Both the position numbers and the translations under genes were made by a program. This document shows positions 43,346 through 54,567 of a stretch of DNA of 64,000 nucleotides, piece after piece (positions within the stretch are counted from its first letter, which is position 1; each line of letters begins with the position of its first letter). The stretch comes from Sedimentisphaerales bacterium (GTDB lineage Bacteria; Planctomycetota; Phycisphaerae; Sedimentisphaerales; Anaerobacaceae): positions 3,642 to 67,641 of the forward strand of contig JAFGGH010000026.1 of NCBI GenBank assembly GCA_016930645.1, written 5' to 3'. The notes below the pieces were generated by a model that was not told the origin of the DNA, made no database searches, and saw nothing but the letters and a program-made list of their open reading frames with translations.

Positions 43346-46300
43346 ATGTTGACAGTACCGGTGCGTAATTTTGGCAGGGTAGCTGATGTGCTCCAGATTC
43401 CGGATCTTGTTGCACTTCAGCAGGAAAGTTACGAGAGGTTCATTCAATCCATGGTCGAGCCGGCAAAACGGAAAAGCCAGGGAATGGAAGGGCTTTTCCG
43501 TGAGGTTTTCCCGATGGAAAGCTACGACAAATCTATGGCACTCGAGTTTTTGTATTACGAGCTCGAAGATCCGCGTTATACCGTTAATCAGTGCCGTCAG
43601 CTTCGTTTGACCTACGGTTATCCCCTGAAGATAACCTGCCGTCTTAAGAGAACCGAAGGTGCCGACATCACTGAACAGGCGATTTACCTTGGTGAAATAC
43701 CGGTTATGATAGGCGGCGGTGAATTTATCATCAACGGCGCCGAAAGAGTTATAGTAAGCCAGCTCCATCGAAGTCCGGGCGTCGATTTTCTTATCGAGAG
43801 CAAGGAAGGCGACCGAATTCTGCACGGCGGCAGAATTATCCCCGAGCGTGGAAGCTGGATTGAAATAACTGTAACAAAAAAAGATGTACTTGTCGTCAAG
43901 ATTGACCAGTCAAGCAAGATTCCCTCTACTATCTTCCTAAAAGCCATATCCGAAGAATTTGGAAATACCGAACAAATTATTCGCCTGTTTTACCCGACGA
44001 AAAATATAAGCACCGACAAGCTGGTACCGGATATGTGGTCAGTCGGGCCTATAGTAGATACCGAAACGGGTGAAATCATCGTAAAAGCCGGCGCGCAAAT
44101 AGGCGATAAGGTCGGCATTATTCAGCAAAGCGAAATCAAGAAAGTCGAAGTTGTTGAAAAGGTCCGTGACCCCCTGATTCTCAATACTCTTGCAGAAGAC
44201 GAATGCGAAAGCCATGAACAGGCACTGCTGAAATTCTATATGAGATTAAGGCCAGGCAATCCGCCTAATCCCGAAAAGGCAAAGTCTTTTTTTGAGGAAA
44301 AATTCTTTGATATAAACAGGTATCGCCTTGGGAAAGTAGGGAGATTTCGCCTTAACAGAAAATTCGAGCAGGATGTCGATGAAAATGAAATGACGCTTCG
44401 CCCGGAAGATTTCCTGAACACAATGAAATACATTATGAAGCTCCGAAACAACGAAGGTGAAGTTGATGACATCGACCATCTCGGAAACAGAAGGCTGCGT
44501 ACCATTGATGAATTGGCTGCTGATGAAGTCAGAAAAGGCCTGTTGAAACTGCGGAAAACCGTACAGGAGAGGATGAGCATAAAAAAAGACAGCGAAACCG
44601 AGTTACGTATCGCTGATTTAGTGAACTCTAAAAGCGTGGCAAGTGCCATCAATTATTTCTTCGGCAGAGGTGAGCTTAGCCAGATTGTTGACCAGACAAA
44701 CGCTTTAAGCCAGCTTACTCACGAACGGCGGCTGTCGGCCCTGGGACCTGGCGGTCTGAACAGAAGAAGGGCAGGCTTTGAGGTTCGTGATGTCCACATC
44801 AGCCACTATGGCAGAGTTTGCCCGATTGAAACTCCCGAAGGCACAAACATCGGTTTGATAGCCTCGCTTGCCATATTTTCGGCAGTCGATGAATACGGTT
44901 TTCTCCTGACACCTTATCGAAAAGTGGAAAAAGGAAAGATAACCGAAAAAATCGATTACCTTCGGGCTGATGAGGAGATGAGAAAGATTTTCGCACCGCC
45001 GAGTGAAGTTGATCAGGAAACAAATAAACTCCGCGAAAATATGGTTCTGGCAAGGAAACAAGGCGAATTGGCTCACGTATCGGCTGATGAAGTAGATTAT
45101 GTTGATGTCTCACCCAGGCAGATAGTCGGCTTAAGCGCCTCTCTTATTCCATTTCTGGAGCATGATGACGCTAACCGTGCCCTTATGGGTTCTAACATGC
45201 AGAGACAGGCGGTGCCGCTGATGAAGACGGAGAGGCCTCTGGTGGGTACCGGTATGGAAGAAATCGTTGGTAAGAATTCGAGTATGGTGGTCAGAGCTAA
45301 AACCTCAGGCACCGTTACCGCTGTTGACTCGACAAGAATCGTTATCGACCAGACCGACGAATACAAGCTGGAAAAAATGGTGGGACTTAACGAGCGTACC
45401 TGTCTTAACCAGAAACCGATTGTTAAACTCGGGGACAAAGTCAAAAAGGGTAATGTTATAGCCGATGGCGGGGGAACGAACAGCGGAGCTTTGTCTCTCG
45501 GAAAAAATGTCCTGGTTGGATTTGTCTCCTTTGACGGATACAACTTTGAAGACGCTATTATCGTCAGCGAAAAACTTGTAAAGGAAGACCGTTTTACCAG
45601 TATCCATATCGACGAGTTTACTGCTGAAGTCCGCGAGACGAGGCTTGGCAGGGAAGAATTCACACGCGATATACCAAATGTCGGAGAAAAAGCCCTTAGG
45701 AATCTCGACGAGCATGGAGTGGTACGTGAAGGTACGCGTGTTTATCCCGGTGATATTCTCGTTGGGAAAGTCGTGCCGAAAAGCAAAACAGAGCTGACAC
45801 CGGAAGAAAAGCTTCTTCACGCGATATTCGGCAGAGCGGGCGAGGACGTCAAAAATGATTCGCTCGAGCTGCCAAGCGGCTATGAAGGTGTTGTTATTAA
45901 GACCGAGCAGTTCACCCGGCGCGGCGCCGGGGGTGAAGAGCAGAAAAAGGCGATGAAAACCCAAATAAAAGAAATTCAGCAGGAAATCAGCGAAAAGCAG
46001 TGTGCAATATTCCGCCAGATGATAGACGAAATTCATAAAAAACACGAAGTAAAAATCGTTGACCCGACAACCAGACAAAAAGCCGGTGCCAGTGAAGATA
46101 ACGAGGTTATTTACGAGCAGATAGAAAACTTCGATATTAAATGGATAAAACCCGCCGCCTCGCGTGACGATGTCCAGAAAATTGTAGATAAGTTCTGGGT
46201 ACAGATTAAAGAGCTTGATGAAATAAAGAAACATCGTGCAGAAACCATAAAGCACGGTGACGAGCTCCCAAGCGGTGTGCTCGAAATGGTAAAAATCTAT

Positions 46301-47104
46301 GTTTCTGCCAAACGCACGCTTTCCATCGGTGACAAAATGGCCGGCCGTCATGGAAACAAGGGTGTAATAGCAAAGATAATGCCCGAAGAGGATATGCCGT
46401 TTTTGGAAGACGGACGAAGTCTTGATATTCTCTTGAATCCGCTCGGCGTTCCCAGTCGTATGAATGTCGGCCAGATTCTTGAGACGCATCTTGGGTGGGT
46501 TGCCAGTGTGCTTGGTTTTACTGCGTTAACGCCGGTCTTTGACGGTGCTACTGAAAACGATATTGAAAGACTGACCGAAGAAGCGAATGAAAAAATGAGA
46601 CAGCGGAAAGAGGAGCTCGAAGAGAAAACCGAAGCTCCTCTGGACACAGAGCCGTTCGTAAATGTGCCTAAAACGCTCAAGACTCAGCTTTACGACGGCA
46701 GAACGGGTGAGCCTTTCGACCAGCAGGCTACAATTGGTTATATCTATATGATGAAGCTTCATCACCTGGTGGACGACAAAATTCACGCAAGGGCTACCGG
46801 GCCTTATAGTCTTATTACGCAGCAGCCTTTGGGCGGAAAGGCAAGGACAGGCGGCCAGAGATTCGGTGAAATGGAAGTCTGGGCATTGGAGGGTTACGGC
46901 GCTTCATACACCCTGCAGGAAATGCTGACCGTCAAGAGTGATGACGTTGAAGGGCGAACCAAGATTTACGAATCTATGGTCAAAGGGCAAAACAGCCTCG
47001 AAGCCGGAACGCCGTTGAGTTTCGATGTCCTCTGTAATGAATTAAGGGGGCTAGGACTGAATATCCAGCTGGAAAAGAAACGCCTGGGAAGCAGTGCGTT
47101 ATAG
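43346..47104 (+). CDS. rpoB: DNA-directed RNA polymerase subunit beta
   Basis: 1252 aa with conserved blocks including [13 protein letters not shown] and [11 protein letters not shown]. Confidence 0.98.
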   Translation: MLTVPVRNFGRVADVLQIPDLVALQQESYERFIQSMVEPAKRKSQGMEGLFREVFPMESYDKSMALEFLYYELEDPRYTVNQCRQLRLTYGYPLKITCRLKRTEGADITEQAIYLGEIPVMIGGGEFIINGAERVIVSQLHRSPGVDFLIESKEGDRILHGGRIIPERGSWIEITVTKKDVLVVKIDQSSKIPSTIFLKAISEEFGNTEQIIRLFYPTKNISTDKLVPDMWSVGPIVDTETGEIIVKAGAQIGDKVGIIQQSEIKKVEVVEKVRDPLILNTLAEDECESHEQALLKFYMRLRPGNPPNPEKAKSFFEEKFFDINRYRLGKVGRFRLNRKFEQDVDENEMTLRPEDFLNTMKYIMKLRNNEGEVDDIDHLGNRRLRTIDELAADEVRKGLLKLRKTVQERMSIKKDSETELRIADLVNSKSVASAINYFFGRGELSQIVDQTNALSQLTHERRLSALGPGGLNRRRAGFEVRDVHISHYGRVCPIETPEGTNIGLIASLAIFSAVDEYGFLLTPYRKVEKGKITEKIDYLRADEEMRKIFAPPSEVDQETNKLRENMVLARKQGELAHVSADEVDYVDVSPRQIVGLSASLIPFLEHDDANRALMGSNMQRQAVPLMKTERPLVGTGMEEIVGKNSSMVVRAKTSGTVTAVDSTRIVIDQTDEYKLEKMVGLNERTCLNQKPIVKLGDKVKKGNVIADGGGTNSGALSLGKNVLVGFVSFDGYNFEDAIIVSEKLVKEDRFTSIHIDEFTAEVRETRLGREEFTRDIPNVGEKALRNLDEHGVVREGTRVYPGDILVGKVVPKSKTELTPEEKLLHAIFGRAGEDVKNDSLELPSGYEGVVIKTEQFTRRGAGGEEQKKAMKTQIKEIQQEISEKQCAIFRQMIDEIHKKHEVKIVDPTTRQKAGASEDNEVIYEQIENFDIKWIKPAASRDDVQKIVDKFWVQIKELDEIKKHRAETIKHGDELPSGVLEMVKIYVSAKRTLSIGDKMAGRHGNKGVIAKIMPEEDMPFLEDGRSLDILLNPLGVPSRMNVGQILETHLGWVASVLGFTALTPVFDGATENDIERLTEEANEKMRQRKEELEEKTEAPLDTEPFVNVPKTLKTQLYDGRTGEPFDQQATIGYIYMMKLHHLVDDKIHARATGPYSLITQQPLGGKARTGGQRFGEMEVWALEGYGASYTLQEMLTVKSDDVEGRTKIYESMVKGQNSLEAGTPLSFDVLCNELRGLGLNIQLEKKRLGSSAL

Positions 47105-47151
47105 TTATAAAAGGTTAATGAAATCGTCGCGATTTAAGAAGGGTCGGTTTA

Positions 47152-50100
47152 ATGATAAGTAACATATATGACAGAATAAATGATTACGGTTCTGTAAAGA
47201 TTACCCTTGCAAGTCCGAATGATATCAGAAGCTGGTCATTCGGTGAGGTCCGCAAGCCTGAGACGATTAACTACCGCACATACCGTCCTGAAAAAGACGG
47301 ATTGTTCTGTGAGAGAATTTTCGGGCCTGAACGTGACTGGGAGTGTGCCTGCGGAAAATACAAAGGTACAAAGTATAAAGGTATCATTTGCGACCGATGC
47401 GGAGTTAAAGTTACACATAGCCGTGTTCGCCGTAAAAGAATGGGGCATATCAACCTTGCCGCACCTGTTGTGCATATATGGTTTTTCAAATCCATACCGA
47501 ACCATCTCGGCAAACTTCTTGATATGAAAGGCTCGGATCTGGAAAAAATAATTTATTTCCAGGATTATGTTGTTGTTGACAGCGGCCAAAGCCCTCTCAA
47601 GGTCGGACAATTGCTGACGGAGGAGGAATACCGCGAGGCAAACAGCAAATACGGCAGCAGCTTCAGGGCATTGATGGGCGCCGAAGCCATTAAAGCTCTT
47701 CTGCAGAGACTCGACCTTGATGTGCTCAGCGGCCAGCTCAAAGATGATATAACCAAAACAAAGAGCCGACAGAAAATTAAAGACCTGACCAAGCGTCTAA
47801 AAGCGATTGACGCAATCCGAAACAGCGATAACAAGGCCGAATGGATAGTTATGGAAGTCTGCCCTGTTATTCCACCGGACTTAAGGCCTTTAGTGCTACT
47901 GGAAAGCGGGAATTTCGCGACCAGCGATTTAAATGACCTCTACCGCAGGATTATTAACCGCAACAGCAGGCTGAAAAAACTCATCGATTTGAACGCACCT
48001 GAGGTTATTATCCGCAATGAAAAACGTATGCTTCAGCAGGCTGTCGATTCACTTCTTGACAATAACCGTTGCAGGCGTCCGGTGCTGGGAAGCAACAACA
48101 GGCCTTTGAAGAGCCTTACTGATATGATTAAGGGAAAGCAGGGTCGCTTCCGCGAGAACCTGCTGGGAAAACGTGTCGATTATTCAGCGCGTTCGGTCAT
48201 TGTTGTCGGCCCGACCTTGAGATTATACCAGTGCGGCCTGCCAAAGAGAATCGCGTTAGAGCTTTATCAGCCTTTCCTTATTCGAAAATTCAAAGAGCAC
48301 GGACTTGCTGATACCATCAAAAGCGCAAAGAGAATGATAGAAAGGCGCGATGAGCAGGTATGGGACATACTCGAAGAGGTCATCCATCAGCATCCTGTTC
48401 TTCTTAACAGGGCTCCCACTCTTCACAGGATGGGCGTCCAGGCCTTTGAGCCGGTGCTGGTCGAAGGTAACGCGATTATGCTTCATCCTCTTGTTTGTAA
48501 AGGTTTCAACGCGGACTTCGACGGAGACCAGATGGCCGTTCATCTGCCGCTTTCCATCGAAGCACTTGCTGAAGCTCATACGCTTATTTTGAGTACAAAC
48601 AGTATTTTCTCACCGGCAAACGGCTCACCTATGCTTGGTCCCAGCCAGGATATGGTTATGGGTAATTACTATCTGACGGTTATAGCGGAGATGCAAAAGG
48701 GCGAGGGTATGACCTTCAAAAATCCATTCGAGGCCATGATGGCTTACGATATGGGAAAAATCGACATACACGCAAAGATTAAAGTACGGATCAAAAAAGC
48801 GGTCGTCGATGAAGAACTGAAACTGACGCCCGAGACTGAGCGTCCTGTATTAATTGAAACAACAGTCGGCAGGTGCATATTCAACGATATTTTACCGGAG
48901 CCGATGCCGTTCTACAATGCGACAATGACCAATAAGAAACTCGGTAAAGTCATCAGCGATTGTTTCCAGTATGCCGAAAGCGCCGAGACCGTTGACCTTC
49001 TCGACCGTATTAAAGAGCTTGGATTCAAGGAAGCGACAAAAGCCGGGCTTAGCTTTGGTCTTGTCGACCTAAAGATTCCGCCGCGTAAACAGGAAATCAT
49101 CGATGCCACTGAAAAGAAGGTAAGAAAAATTAATAAAAACTATTCTGCCGGTGTACTTACTGAGGGCGAGCGTTATAACCAGGTAATCGATGCCTGGACT
49201 CATGCCCGTGTTGCCGTAACTAATGAAATGATGAGGGGATTCAAGGAAGACACTAACGAAGACGGCTCGCCTTATCTGAATCCCATTTATGTTATGAGCG
49301 GCTCCGGAGCACGAGGCAGTGTTGACCAGATACAGCAGCTTGCAGGTATGAGAGCATTAATGGCCAAGCCCAGCGGTGAGATTATTGAAACCCCGATTAA
49401 AGCCAATTTCCGCGAGGGGCTTAGTGTTCTTGAGTACTTCAGCTCAACTCACGGAGCCCGTAAAGGCCTTGCAGATACCGCACTTAAAACAGCAAATTCC
49501 GGTTATCTTACCCGCAAGCTTATTGATGTTGCCCAGAATGTGATTATTGCCGAGAGGGACTGCGGCACACTGCAGGGTATAACAAAAAGCACAGTGACCC
49601 AGGGTGAGCAGACAGATGTGCCTCTAAGCAAACTAATCATCGGAAGAACCGCAAGGGACAATATCCGTAATCCAATCACCGGCGATATGATTGTCAAAGA
49701 AAACCAGGTGATTACGCCTGAAGCCGCAGAGGCCATAGAGCAGCTCGGTCTTGGCGCGATACGTGTCAGAAGCCCGCTTACCTGCGACAGCGCATTTGGT
49801 ATCTGTGCACAATGTTACGGCTGGGACCTCAGTAGCGGAAAAATGGTTGAAGAGGGTCTTGCCGTCGGTATTATTGCCGCACAGTCAATCGGTGAACCGG
49901 GTACTCAGTTGACCCTTAGAACATTCCACACCGGCGGTGTCGCTTCGCGTGCTATTCTCGAGCATGAGCAACAGGCTTCCTTTGACGGCACCGTTCAATA
50001 TCGTGATATAAACACGGTTACCTTCGAGTCTGAAGAAGGCAAAAAAATCGTGGCGCTTAAAAGAAACGGTGAAATCGCCGTGCTTGATGATAAGGGACGT

Positions 50101-51441
50101 GAGCTTGATAAGTATAAAGTTCCTTACGGCGCTGTCGTCAACGTAAAAGACGGCGCCAAAGTCAAAAAGGGTGATTTATTGTTCGGATGGGACCCGCACC
50201 GTACTCCTATCCTTGCTGAAATCGGAGGTGTTATCAGGTTTGTAGATATTATTGAAGGCGAGACTGTCCGAATCGAGGAAGAACGCAGGGGGCAGACAAG
50301 AAAACCAGTCGTTATTGAGCACAAGGGCGACAAACATCCGCAGATAATTATAGAAGATAACAAGGGGAAAATCCTCGATGTCCATTATCTGCCTGCAGGT
50401 GCCCACATCGAAGTTGTGGAAGGGCAATCCGTCAAAGCGGGACAGCTGTTGGCCCATCAGCCCAGGGCAAGCGGCGGTACTCAGGATATTACAGGCGGTC
50501 TGCCTCGAGTTACCGAGGTGTTCGAGGCCCGTAAGCCGAAAGATCCCGCTATGATGGCTGAAATCAGCGGCAGGATCGAGCTCAAGAGCGACAAGAGAAA
50601 AGGCAAGATGACAATCATCGTGCGCAGCGAAAGCGGCATGGAAAAAGAGCACCACGTACCTCGTGACAGGCATCTGAATGTCCATACGGGTGATAAAGTC
50701 GAAGCGGGCGACCCGCTTACCGACGGCCCGCTTGTCCCGCACGACATTCTCAGGATTAAAGGCGAAGAGGCGCTGCAAAGATATTTAAACGCGGAAATCC
50801 AGAATGTTTACTGCTCACAGAACGTAAATATCAACGACAAGCACATAGAAATTATCGTCTCGCAGATGATGAGAAAAGTCGAGATTGAAAGTATCGGTTC
50901 AAGCTCATTTTTGCCCGGCGAGGTCGTCGATAAATTCGCCTTCCGGCAGGAAAATGAGAAACTGGCCAACTGTCTGAGAATTACAAATACAGGTGACTCA
51001 GCCGATTTAAAAGAAGAGCAGTTAGTTACGAAAGAGGAGCTTGCAACAATAAATGAAAAAATTGAAATGATAGGCGGGGAGCCTGCCAAAGGTAAAAAAC
51101 CAAAACCGTCTACCGCTAAAACACTGCTGCTGGGCATTACCAAGGCCTCTTTGAGGTCGGACAGCTTCATCGCGGCGGCCAGTTTCCAGGAAACAACAAA
51201 GGTCTTGACTCAGGCCTCGTTAGCGGGTAGAGTGGATGAATTACGTGGACTTAAGGAAAACGTAATACTGGGACATCTGATTCCGGCAGGTACGGCGTTT
51301 AAGCCTTACCTTGAGATGAAGGTTAAGCATCTGGCTGAAGCTCCATTGCCAAAGGAATTCAGAGAAGAAGAGTTCGAGACGGCAAAAGAAGCCGAAGACA
51401 AGGCCGATGCCGCGATTAAGGAAGCATTAGGTATCGAATAA
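47152..51441 (+). CDS. rpoC: DNA-directed RNA polymerase subunit beta'
   Basis: 1429 aa with a Zn-finger CxC...CxxC region near the N-terminus and the NADFDGDQM catalytic motif. Confidence 0.98.
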   Translation: MISNIYDRINDYGSVKITLASPNDIRSWSFGEVRKPETINYRTYRPEKDGLFCERIFGPERDWECACGKYKGTKYKGIICDRCGVKVTHSRVRRKRMGHINLAAPVVHIWFFKSIPNHLGKLLDMKGSDLEKIIYFQDYVVVDSGQSPLKVGQLLTEEEYREANSKYGSSFRALMGAEAIKALLQRLDLDVLSGQLKDDITKTKSRQKIKDLTKRLKAIDAIRNSDNKAEWIVMEVCPVIPPDLRPLVLLESGNFATSDLNDLYRRIINRNSRLKKLIDLNAPEVIIRNEKRMLQQAVDSLLDNNRCRRPVLGSNNRPLKSLTDMIKGKQGRFRENLLGKRVDYSARSVIVVGPTLRLYQCGLPKRIALELYQPFLIRKFKEHGLADTIKSAKRMIERRDEQVWDILEEVIHQHPVLLNRAPTLHRMGVQAFEPVLVEGNAIMLHPLVCKGFNADFDGDQMAVHLPLSIEALAEAHTLILSTNSIFSPANGSPMLGPSQDMVMGNYYLTVIAEMQKGEGMTFKNPFEAMMAYDMGKIDIHAKIKVRIKKAVVDEELKLTPETERPVLIETTVGRCIFNDILPEPMPFYNATMTNKKLGKVISDCFQYAESAETVDLLDRIKELGFKEATKAGLSFGLVDLKIPPRKQEIIDATEKKVRKINKNYSAGVLTEGERYNQVIDAWTHARVAVTNEMMRGFKEDTNEDGSPYLNPIYVMSGSGARGSVDQIQQLAGMRALMAKPSGEIIETPIKANFREGLSVLEYFSSTHGARKGLADTALKTANSGYLTRKLIDVAQNVIIAERDCGTLQGITKSTVTQGEQTDVPLSKLIIGRTARDNIRNPITGDMIVKENQVITPEAAEAIEQLGLGAIRVRSPLTCDSAFGICAQCYGWDLSSGKMVEEGLAVGIIAAQSIGEPGTQLTLRTFHTGGVASRAILEHEQQASFDGTVQYRDINTVTFESEEGKKIVALKRNGEIAVLDDKGRELDKYKVPYGAVVNVKDGAKVKKGDLLFGWDPHRTPILAEIGGVIRFVDIIEGETVRIEEERRGQTRKPVVIEHKGDKHPQIIIEDNKGKILDVHYLPAGAHIEVVEGQSVKAGQLLAHQPRASGGTQDITGGLPRVTEVFEARKPKDPAMMAEISGRIELKSDKRKGKMTIIVRSESGMEKEHHVPRDRHLNVHTGDKVEAGDPLTDGPLVPHDILRIKGEEALQRYLNAEIQNVYCSQNVNINDKHIEIIVSQMMRKVEIESIGSSSFLPGEVVDKFAFRQENEKLANCLRITNTGDSADLKEEQLVTKEELATINEKIEMIGGEPAKGKKPKPSTAKTLLLGITKASLRSDSFIAAASFQETTKVLTQASLAGRVDELRGLKENVILGHLIPAGTAFKPYLEMKVKHLAEAPLPKEFREEEFETAKEAEDKADAAIKEALGIE

Positions 51442-51475
51442 AATAAGAGAATCGTTTTTTTTACGGATTTAATTT

Positions 51476-51847
51476 ATGCCGACAGCAAATCAGTTAATCA
51501 GAAAAGGAAGAAAAAAAGGTAAGGGACATAAGCGTGTCTCTGATATAAGCGGATCGCCGCAGAAAAAAGGTGTTTGCCTGATAGTAAGAACCCAAACACC
51601 GAAAAAGCCGAATTCGGCGCTTCGTAAAATCGCGCGTGTCAGGCTTACTAATGGTAAGGAGGTTACCGCTTATATCCCCGGTATCGACCATAACCTGCAG
51701 GAGCACAGCACGGTTATTATCAGGGGCGGAAGAGTCCGCGACCTGCCCGGTGTAAGATACCATATCGTGCGAGGCGTTCTGGACTGTGCCGGTGTCAGCG
51801 GCAGAAAACAGGGCAGAAGCAAATATGGCGCTAAAAAGGCCAAGTAG
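51476..51847 (+). CDS. rpsL: 30S ribosomal protein S12
   Basis: [11 protein letters not shown]...KKPNSALRK. Confidence 0.97.
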   Translation: MPTANQLIRKGRKKGKGHKRVSDISGSPQKKGVCLIVRTQTPKKPNSALRKIARVRLTNGKEVTAYIPGIDHNLQEHSTVIIRGGRVRDLPGVRYHIVRGVLDCAGVSGRKQGRSKYGAKKAK

Positions 51848-51891
51848 TTGTCGGTTTTGATAAAGGTAATTGAGTAAAGAGGAAATAAAAT

Positions 51892-52365
51892 ATGGCGAAA
51901 AGTTTTACGGCATCGAATGAGCAGTTAAAGACCGATCCCAAATACAACAGCAAGCTTGTCTCAAAGTTCATCAATTGCTTAATGTGGGACGGGAAAAAGA
52001 GCGTTACTCAGAAAGTATTTTACGATGCTATGGATATTATCAGCAAAAAGGTAAAAGACAAGTCGCCAATTGAGGTCTTTGAAAAAGCTGTTAATAACGT
52101 CAAGCCTATGATAGAAGTTCGAAGCAAACGCATCGGCGGTGCAAGTTACCAGGTGCCGATGCAGATTAACGCCAAAAGACAGCAATCACTTGCTTTCAGA
52201 TGGATTCTGCTGTCGGCGAGAGGTAAAAAAGGAAAACCAATGCGCGAAAGACTGGCTGCCGAGCTTCTCGATGCTTATAATGAGCAGGGTGGTGCTATGA
52301 CGACAAGAGAAAATGTGCACCGTATGGCCGAAGCGAATAAGGCGTTTGCTCATTTCGCCTGGTAA
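51892..52365 (+). CDS. rpsG: 30S ribosomal protein S7
   Basis: S7 length and sequence ([13 protein letters not shown]..., ...[10 protein letters not shown]). Confidence 0.96.
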   Translation: MAKSFTASNEQLKTDPKYNSKLVSKFINCLMWDGKKSVTQKVFYDAMDIISKKVKDKSPIEVFEKAVNNVKPMIEVRSKRIGGASYQVPMQINAKRQQSLAFRWILLSARGKKGKPMRERLAAELLDAYNEQGGAMTTRENVHRMAEANKAFAHFAW

Positions 52366-52380
52366 TATAAACGCAAAATA

Positions 52381-52420
52381 AAATGCGGATAGCGAATGAA
52401 ATTCACTGTCCGCATTTTTT
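52381..52420 (+). terminator. Rho-independent terminator/attenuator between rpsG and fusA
   Basis: 9-bp stem AAATGCGGA (52381-52389) / TCCGCATTT (52409-52417) with a 19-nt loop, running into T6. Confidence 0.55.
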
Positions 52421-52441
52421 CTATATATAGATGGAAAGTGT

Positions 52442-54517
52442 ATGACAACCGACCTGAAAAAACTGCGTAATATCGGTATTATGGCACATATCGATGCCGG
52501 TAAAACAACCGTAACCGAGCGCATCCTCTACTATTCAGGCAAGACTTACAAAATGGGGGAGGTCCACAACGGCACCGCCGTGATGGATTATATGGAGGAA
52601 GAACAGAAGCGAGGCATTACGATTACCTCAGCCGCGACAAAATGTCCCTGGAAGGATTATGAGATTAATCTTATTGATACGCCGGGACATATAGATTTTA
52701 CCGCCGAGGTTGAAAGGTCGCTTCGCGTGCTGGACTGTGCCGTTGCGGTCTTTGATGCGAGCGAAGGTGTCCAGGCCCAGAGCGAGACAGTCTGGCGTCA
52801 GGGGCAAAAATACGAATTACCATGCTTTTGCTTTGTTAACAAGATGGATAAAATCGGCGCCGATTTTGAAATGACTGTCGAAAGTATCCGCGACAAACTT
52901 GTAGCTAATCCGATTGTGCTCCATCTTCCCATCGGCGAAGCAAGCGGCTTCAAAGGCATTATAGATTTAATTAGTGAAAAAGCTGTTTTTTACCAGGCTG
53001 ATAAACTCGGCGCGACATTCGAAGAAAGAGAAATGCCCGAAGAGTTCAAAGATATTGTCGAAGAAAAACGTCACGACCTTTTGGAGCTTGCCTCCGAATT
53101 CGATGAAGAGATGATGGAGCTTTATGTCCATAACAAAGACATACCCCAAGACATAATCAATCGGGCGATACGCAAAGGCACAATTGCCTGTGCGCTTCAT
53201 CCGGTTCTTTGCGGTTCGGCTTTGAAGTATATCGGCGTTCAAAGACTGCTCGATGCCGTTCTGAAATATCTGCCTTCGCCGCTGGACAGGCCTGACATCG
53301 AAGGACATAAACCAAACGACCCTAATAAAAAGGTTGCTATAAAATGCGACCCGAATCGGCCTTTGGTCGCTCTTGTCTTTAAGATTGTTTCCGATGTTCA
53401 CGGCGACCTGAATTTTCTGCGGATTTACCAGGGCAGGCTCAAATCCAACAGCAGAGTGCTTGACTCTCACACCGAACACCGGGAAAATATAACACGTCTT
53501 TATGAGATGCATGCAAAGGAACGCATAAGCCTCGATAGTGCGCAAGCCGGCGACATCGTTGCGGTAATCGGCCCTAAACATACGCTTACCGGTGACACGA
53601 TTTGCGATTCTAAAAATCCCGTCATTCTGCCGAGCATTACATTCCCTGAGACGGTAATGAGTATGTATATCGAGCCGCACACTGCGGCGGACAGAAATAA
53701 ACTCGCCGAAGCACTTCAGATGCTTAAACGCGAAGACCCGACGTTCGGCTGTAAAATTGACCAAGAAACCGGCCAGACAATAATCAGCGGGATGGGCGAG
53801 CTGCACCTGGAGGTCTTGCAGCATAAGCTTATCAGGGAGATGGGTATCAATGTCAGGGTCGGCAAACCGAGAGTCGCGTACAAAGAAGCTATACAAACAA
53901 TGGCCGAAGGTGAAGGAAGATTCATCCGCCAGACCGGCGGTCACGGCCAGTACGGCCACGTCATATTACAGGTCGAGCCTTTGATGGAAGATTCCGGACA
54001 CTGGAGCAAAGAGTTTGAATTTATAAATAAATGCGGCGGCGACAAAGTGCCACGCGAGTATGTCGGAGCCGTTGAGCAGGGGTCGAAAGAGGCGTTGTCA
54101 AACGGGCCTGTCGCCGGCTATCCGGTAATCGGAGTGAAGGTGACATTAATAGACGGCTCATTCCACCAGGTCGATTCATCGGACATCGCGTTTGAACAGG
54201 CCGCAGTATTAGCTATTGAAAACGCACTGAAAAAAGCAAATCCTGTGATACTTGAACCGGTAATGAGGCTTCAGGCCGTTGTGCCCGAATCGTATTTTGG
54301 CGCTGTCCAGGGCGGGCTGATGAGCAAGCGGGCGATGATTAAAAACACAAAAATGCACGGCAATATGCGTATCATCGATGCGAAGGTGCCGCTGGTAGAG
54401 ATGTTCGGCTATTCCAGCGAGCTGCGAAGCGCAACGGCAGGCCGCGGCAGTTTTACTATGGAGCCGTTCATATACGAAAAACTCCCCGAACAGCTCGCCG
54501 AAAAAATCATATTCTGA
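52442..54517 (+). CDS. fusA: Elongation factor G
   Basis: AHIDAGKTT, DTPGHIDF and NKMD motifs. Length is 691 aa. Confidence 0.96.
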   Translation: MTTDLKKLRNIGIMAHIDAGKTTVTERILYYSGKTYKMGEVHNGTAVMDYMEEEQKRGITITSAATKCPWKDYEINLIDTPGHIDFTAEVERSLRVLDCAVAVFDASEGVQAQSETVWRQGQKYELPCFCFVNKMDKIGADFEMTVESIRDKLVANPIVLHLPIGEASGFKGIIDLISEKAVFYQADKLGATFEEREMPEEFKDIVEEKRHDLLELASEFDEEMMELYVHNKDIPQDIINRAIRKGTIACALHPVLCGSALKYIGVQRLLDAVLKYLPSPLDRPDIEGHKPNDPNKKVAIKCDPNRPLVALVFKIVSDVHGDLNFLRIYQGRLKSNSRVLDSHTEHRENITRLYEMHAKERISLDSAQAGDIVAVIGPKHTLTGDTICDSKNPVILPSITFPETVMSMYIEPHTAADRNKLAEALQMLKREDPTFGCKIDQETGQTIISGMGELHLEVLQHKLIREMGINVRVGKPRVAYKEAIQTMAEGEGRFIRQTGGHGQYGHVILQVEPLMEDSGHWSKEFEFINKCGGDKVPREYVGAVEQGSKEALSNGPVAGYPVIGVKVTLIDGSFHQVDSSDIAFEQAAVLAIENALKKANPVILEPVMRLQAVVPESYFGAVQGGLMSKRAMIKNTKMHGNMRIIDAKVPLVEMFGYSSELRSATAGRGSFTMEPFIYEKLPEQLAEKIIF

Positions 54518-54567
54518 TTTATATTTGAATGATATGCGGATAGAGGAGCTGGGACACAAAATGTTTA

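Noticed and set aside
43307-43825. 172-aa ORF on the minus strand overlapping the rpoB 5' end.
   Set aside because: It is antisense to rpoB and shows no recognisable features.
45305-46489. 394-aa ORF on the minus strand.
   Set aside because: It lies entirely antisense to rpoB, whose product is unmistakable. Its sequence is low-complexity and Phe/Leu-rich, which is typical of a shadow ORF.
52967-53959. 330-aa ORF on the minus strand.
   Set aside because: It is antisense to fusA (EF-G). It has no motifs and is a shadow ORF.
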